Shown piece by piece: positions 60,258 to 64,000 of a DNA stretch of 64,000 nucleotides. The notes under the pieces are model-generated. The model worked only from the letters and a program-made list of their open reading frames with translations. It did not search any database and had not been told where the DNA came from. A program made the position numbers and the translations under genes. Within the stretch, counting starts at the first letter, position 1; each line of letters starts with the position of its first letter. The DNA is taken from NCBI RefSeq assembly GCF_963921235.1, contig NC_086097.1, positions 240,562,001 through 240,626,000 on the forward strand. The letters run 5' to 3'. Origin of the DNA: Mobula hypostoma (Eukaryota).

Positions 60258-61629
60258 GGGTGAGGCAACACTCAAGAAACAAGCAAAATTAGGGAGGAAA
60301 AAGGATGCACACACAGAGTTGAAGAAGTTACAATGAATATGCTGGAAGAGGAACTGGAAAACTGGAGAAGTACTGGAAGTGATAATATTCATAATTATTG
60401 GTATAAAAATTTAATCGCCTCCATCGGTACCTATTAATGCATATCAACAATTTTCTTAAAAATCCTGAAAAAGTGCCTGAATTTTTGACAGAATATAAAA
60501 CATATTACAAATCACACATCAAAATGTGACTTACAAACTATATATAAAATCGTAACATCATGATTCTTGCAACTAATCACCACTCAATTAGATAACCACA
60601 ATATACTTACTGAAGAGCAGAAAGGAAGCTGTAAGGGATGAAAGGATGTAAAGAACAACTGATAATAGATTCTGTAATTCTAAATCAAGCCTGGCAGTAA
60701 AGCAGAATTCTTTCATGTTGCTATATTGACTACCAAAAGGCAATTGATTCTGTTCCACACTCACGGTTAATAGAAGTTAATATGTATAAACTACACCCAA
60801 TGCTTGTGAAATTCCTGTAACATCTGATGAAGCAGTGGTGTGCCGTAATCACCCTATCTATTAACAACCAAACCGGCATTTTCTAAGGTGACTCTCTAAG
60901 TCCACAATGGTTCTGTCTAGCTTTAAACCCGCTCTCTAATTTACTGAGTCCGACGAAAATTGGGAATCAAATCAGAAACAAGGAAATGAGCTTTATCTTA
61001 ACACACCTTTTAAACATGGATGATTTGAAATTATGTGCTCCTTCATCAGTGTGACTGAACAGGTTGGCAATGCTAATTCTCCCACTAACCTTGCCCCTTT
61101 GCCTGGTTAGTCATTCTCCTTATTCTGTCCCTGGTCTAGTTTCTCCAGTAGTTCACACACCTTGCCTTCTCATTCTGCAGGTCTTGGGAGTTCACAACTT
61201 ACACACCACAGCAGTAAAATAATCGCTAGCTTGGGTAATCAAAACAATCCCTTCAGTTAACATGCTCTACTGGTTTATAACTCATAAATATAAGGATTCT
61301 AGACACAGACGTACCAAACAGTTCCATTTATTTTCACTCACACAGTTACATCGGTTTGTAGACAGCAGAACAGCCCCAAAAGATCTGAGGGACAATTTGG
61401 GGCGTCCTAAAATAATTCCTGGTTAGTGGGAGCAGGCGATTTACACCCTACGCAGGCAGATTTAAACCCACAGTTCGCCTTTGCTGAGAGGTGTGGAGAT
61501 TGGATTTGATGGTTGGTTATATTGAAAAGTTATGTTGAAAGGTTGATGACAAAGTGTGTCGTGGAGAAAGCCTCTGTATATTTGTATATTTTTGTATATG
61601 TTTGCTTCCATTTGTTTATTTGTACTTAC

Positions 61630-64000
61630 TTAGAAATTACCTAAGGTTACCCGTAGCCCTTTAGTTTTCTAAGCTCCATGTACCTATCCAGGAGTCTCTT
61701 AAAAGACCCTATCGTATCCGCCTCCACCACCGTCACCAGCAGCCCAATCCACGCACTCACCACTCTCTACATAAAGAACTTACCCGACATCTCCTCGGTA
61801 CCTACTTCCAAGCACCTTAAAACAGTTTCCTCTCGTGTTAGCCATTTCAGCCTTGAGAAGAAACCTCTGACTATCCACACGATCAATGCCTCTCATCATC
61901 TTATACACCTCTGTCAGGTCACCACTCATCCTCCGTTGCTCCAAGGAGAAAAGGCTGAGTTCACTCAACCTATTCTCATAAGGCATGCTCCCCAATCCAG
62001 GTAACATCCTTGTTAATCTGCTTTGCACTCTTTCTCTTGTTTCCACATCTTTCCTGTAGTGAGGTGACCAGAACTGAGCACAGTACTCCAAGTGGGGTCT
62101 GACCAGGGCCCTATATAGCTGTAACATTACCTCTTAGCTCTTAAACTCAACCCTGCAGTTGATGAAGGCCAATGCACCGTATGCCTTCTTAACCACAGAG
62201 TCAACCTGCGCAGCTGATTTCAGTGTCCCCAAGATCCCTTGATCCTACACACTGCCAAGAGTCTTACCATTAATACTATATTCTGCCATCATATTTGACC
62301 TACCAAAATGAAACACCTCACACCTATCTGGGTTGAACACCATCTGCCACTTCTCAACCCAGTTTTGCATCCTATCAATGTCCCACTGTAACCTCTGACA
62401 GCCCTCCACACTATCCACAACACCCCAAACCTTTGTGTCATCAGCAAATTTACTAACCCATCCCTCCACTTCCTCATCCAGGTCATTTATAAAAATCATG
62501 AAGAGAAGAGCTCCCAGTACAGATCCCTGACGCACACCTCCATGCAGAATATAACCCGTCTACAACAACTCTTTGCATTCTGTGAGCAAGCCAATTCTGG
62601 ATCAACAAAGCAATGTCCCCTTGGATCCCTTGCCTCCTTACTTTCTCAAAAAGCCTCATCAAATGCCTTGCTGAAATCCATCGACTATTCTACCTTCATC
62701 ACTGTGTTTAATCGCATCCTCAAAATATTCAATCGGGCTCGTAATGCACAACCTGCCTTTGACAAAGCCATGCTGACTATTCCTAATCACATTATGCCTC
62801 TCCAAATGTTCATAAAAACTGCCTCTCAGGATCTTTTCCATCAACTTACCAACCACTGAAGTAAGACTCACTGGTCTATAATTTCCTGAACTATCTCTGC
62901 TCCCTTTCTTGAATAAGGAAAAAAACACTTGCAACCTTCCAATCCTCCGGAACCTCTCCCGTCCCCATTGATGATGCAAAGATCACTGCCAGAGGTTCAG
63001 CAATCTCCTCCCTCGCCTCCCACAGTAACCTGGGGTACATCTCATCTTATCCAACTTGATGCTTTCCAAAAACTCCAGCACATCTTCTTTCCTAATATCT
63101 ATATGCTCAAGCTTTTTAATCTGCTGTAAGTCATCCCTACAATTGCCAAGATCCTTTTCCATAGTGAATACTGAAGCAAAGTATTCATTTCATTACCCCT
63201 GCTATCTCCTCCGGTTCCATACAGACTTTTCCTGTCGCACTTGATTGGTCCTATGCTCTCATGTCTTATCCTCTTGCTCTTCACATACTTGTAGAATGCC
63301 TTGGGGTTTTCCTTAATCCTGCTCGCCAAGGCCTTCTCATGGCTCCTTCTGGCTCTCCTAATTTAATTCTTAAGCTCCTTCCTGCTAGCCTTGTAATCTT
63401 CTAGATCTCTATCATAACCTAGTTTTTTGAACCTTTCATAAGTTTTTCTTTTCTTCTTGACTAGATTTTCAACAGCCTTTGTACACCACGGTTCCTGTAC
63501 CCTACCATACTTTCCCTGTCTCATTGGAACGTACTTATGCAGAACACCATGCAAATATCTCCTGAATATTTGCCACATTTCTGCCATACATTTCCCTGAG
63601 AACATCTGTTCCCAATTTATGCTTCCTTTCTTCTGCCTGTCTCCCTTCTTGAAGAGTGGAATAACATTCACAATTTCCAAGTCTTCTGGAACCATTCCAG
63701 AATGCAGTGATTCTTGAAAGATCATTGCTAATGCCTCCACAATCTCTTCCGCCACCTCTTTCAAAACCCTAGGGTGTACACCATCTGGTCCAGGTGACTT
63801 ATCTAACTTCAGACCTTTCAATTTCCCAAGAAATTTCTCTCTGGTAATGATAACTTTACTCACTTCATGATCCCTGACACCTGGAGCTTCCACCATACTG
63901 CTAAGTGACTTCCACACTGAAGACTGATGCAAAATACTTATGCAGTTTATCCACCATTTCCTTGTCCCCCATTACAACCTCTCCAGCATCATTTTCCAGC
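61630..64000 (-). mobile_element. CR1 LINE (61630-63625) joined to a second CR1 subfamily fragment (63625-64000)
   Basis: ORFs 61780-62127, 62245-62535, 62659-62979, 63099-63329 and 63363-63932 carry CR1 ORF2 motifs. Confidence 0.88.

Larger units (their letters stand above)
57755..61050 (+). mobile_element. R4/Dong-clade non-LTR retrotransposon relic, split by two Rex1 insertions
   Basis: Hand translation: 59319-59660 NNLIPIDVLNQIK...KYKGIDPTKRPYIPK; 59670 FRHYEKGLYRTLK; 60360 NWRSTGSDNIHNYWYK; EEQKG..KGCKEQLIIDS; YIDYQKAIDSVPH; 60875 GIF*GDSLSPQWFCLALNPLS; 60998 LTHLLNMDDLKL. The 5' boundary is inferred. Confidence 0.82.

Noticed and set aside
63363..63932. 189-aa ORF as a novel protein
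   Set aside because: It is an in-frame junction of two CR1 subfamily fragments.

Overview
This is eukaryotic (vertebrate) genomic DNA, most likely from a cartilaginous fish (shark or ray). That is an inference from the repeat content: CR1/HER1-type LINEs, V-domain HE1-like SINEs, a Deu-domain SacSINE1-like relic and Rex1/Babar LINEs. I found no host protein-coding gene. Essentially all the long ORFs in the track are reverse-transcriptase fragments or their antisense shadows. The window is a deeply nested field of mobile elements: many CR1 and Rex1/Babar copies, Penelope-like elements (PLEs) carrying minimal hammerhead ribozyme motifs, hAT-Charlie MITEs, a Tc1 derivative, RTE-clade LINEs with their non-autonomous partners, and an AT-rich R4/Dong-clade relic that the ORF track misses. 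The most unusual structures are: (1) a near full-length RTE LINE (54198-57753) capped at its 5' end by an inverted copy of its own 3' end, giving 79-bp terminal inverted repeats, and ending in a fold-back hairpin; (2) a tRNA/CORE SINE at 3065-3372 built from that RTE's 5' and 3' termini; (3) ~220-bp palindromic, TSD-flanked mini-PLEs centred on a hammerhead motif; (4) the R4/Dong relic with a structured leader that partly fits an HDV-like ribozyme fold. A few repeat-free islands carry enhancer-like motif clusters. All family assignments come from motif recognition by eye, not database searches. Boundaries without a stated target-site duplication (TSD) are approximate.
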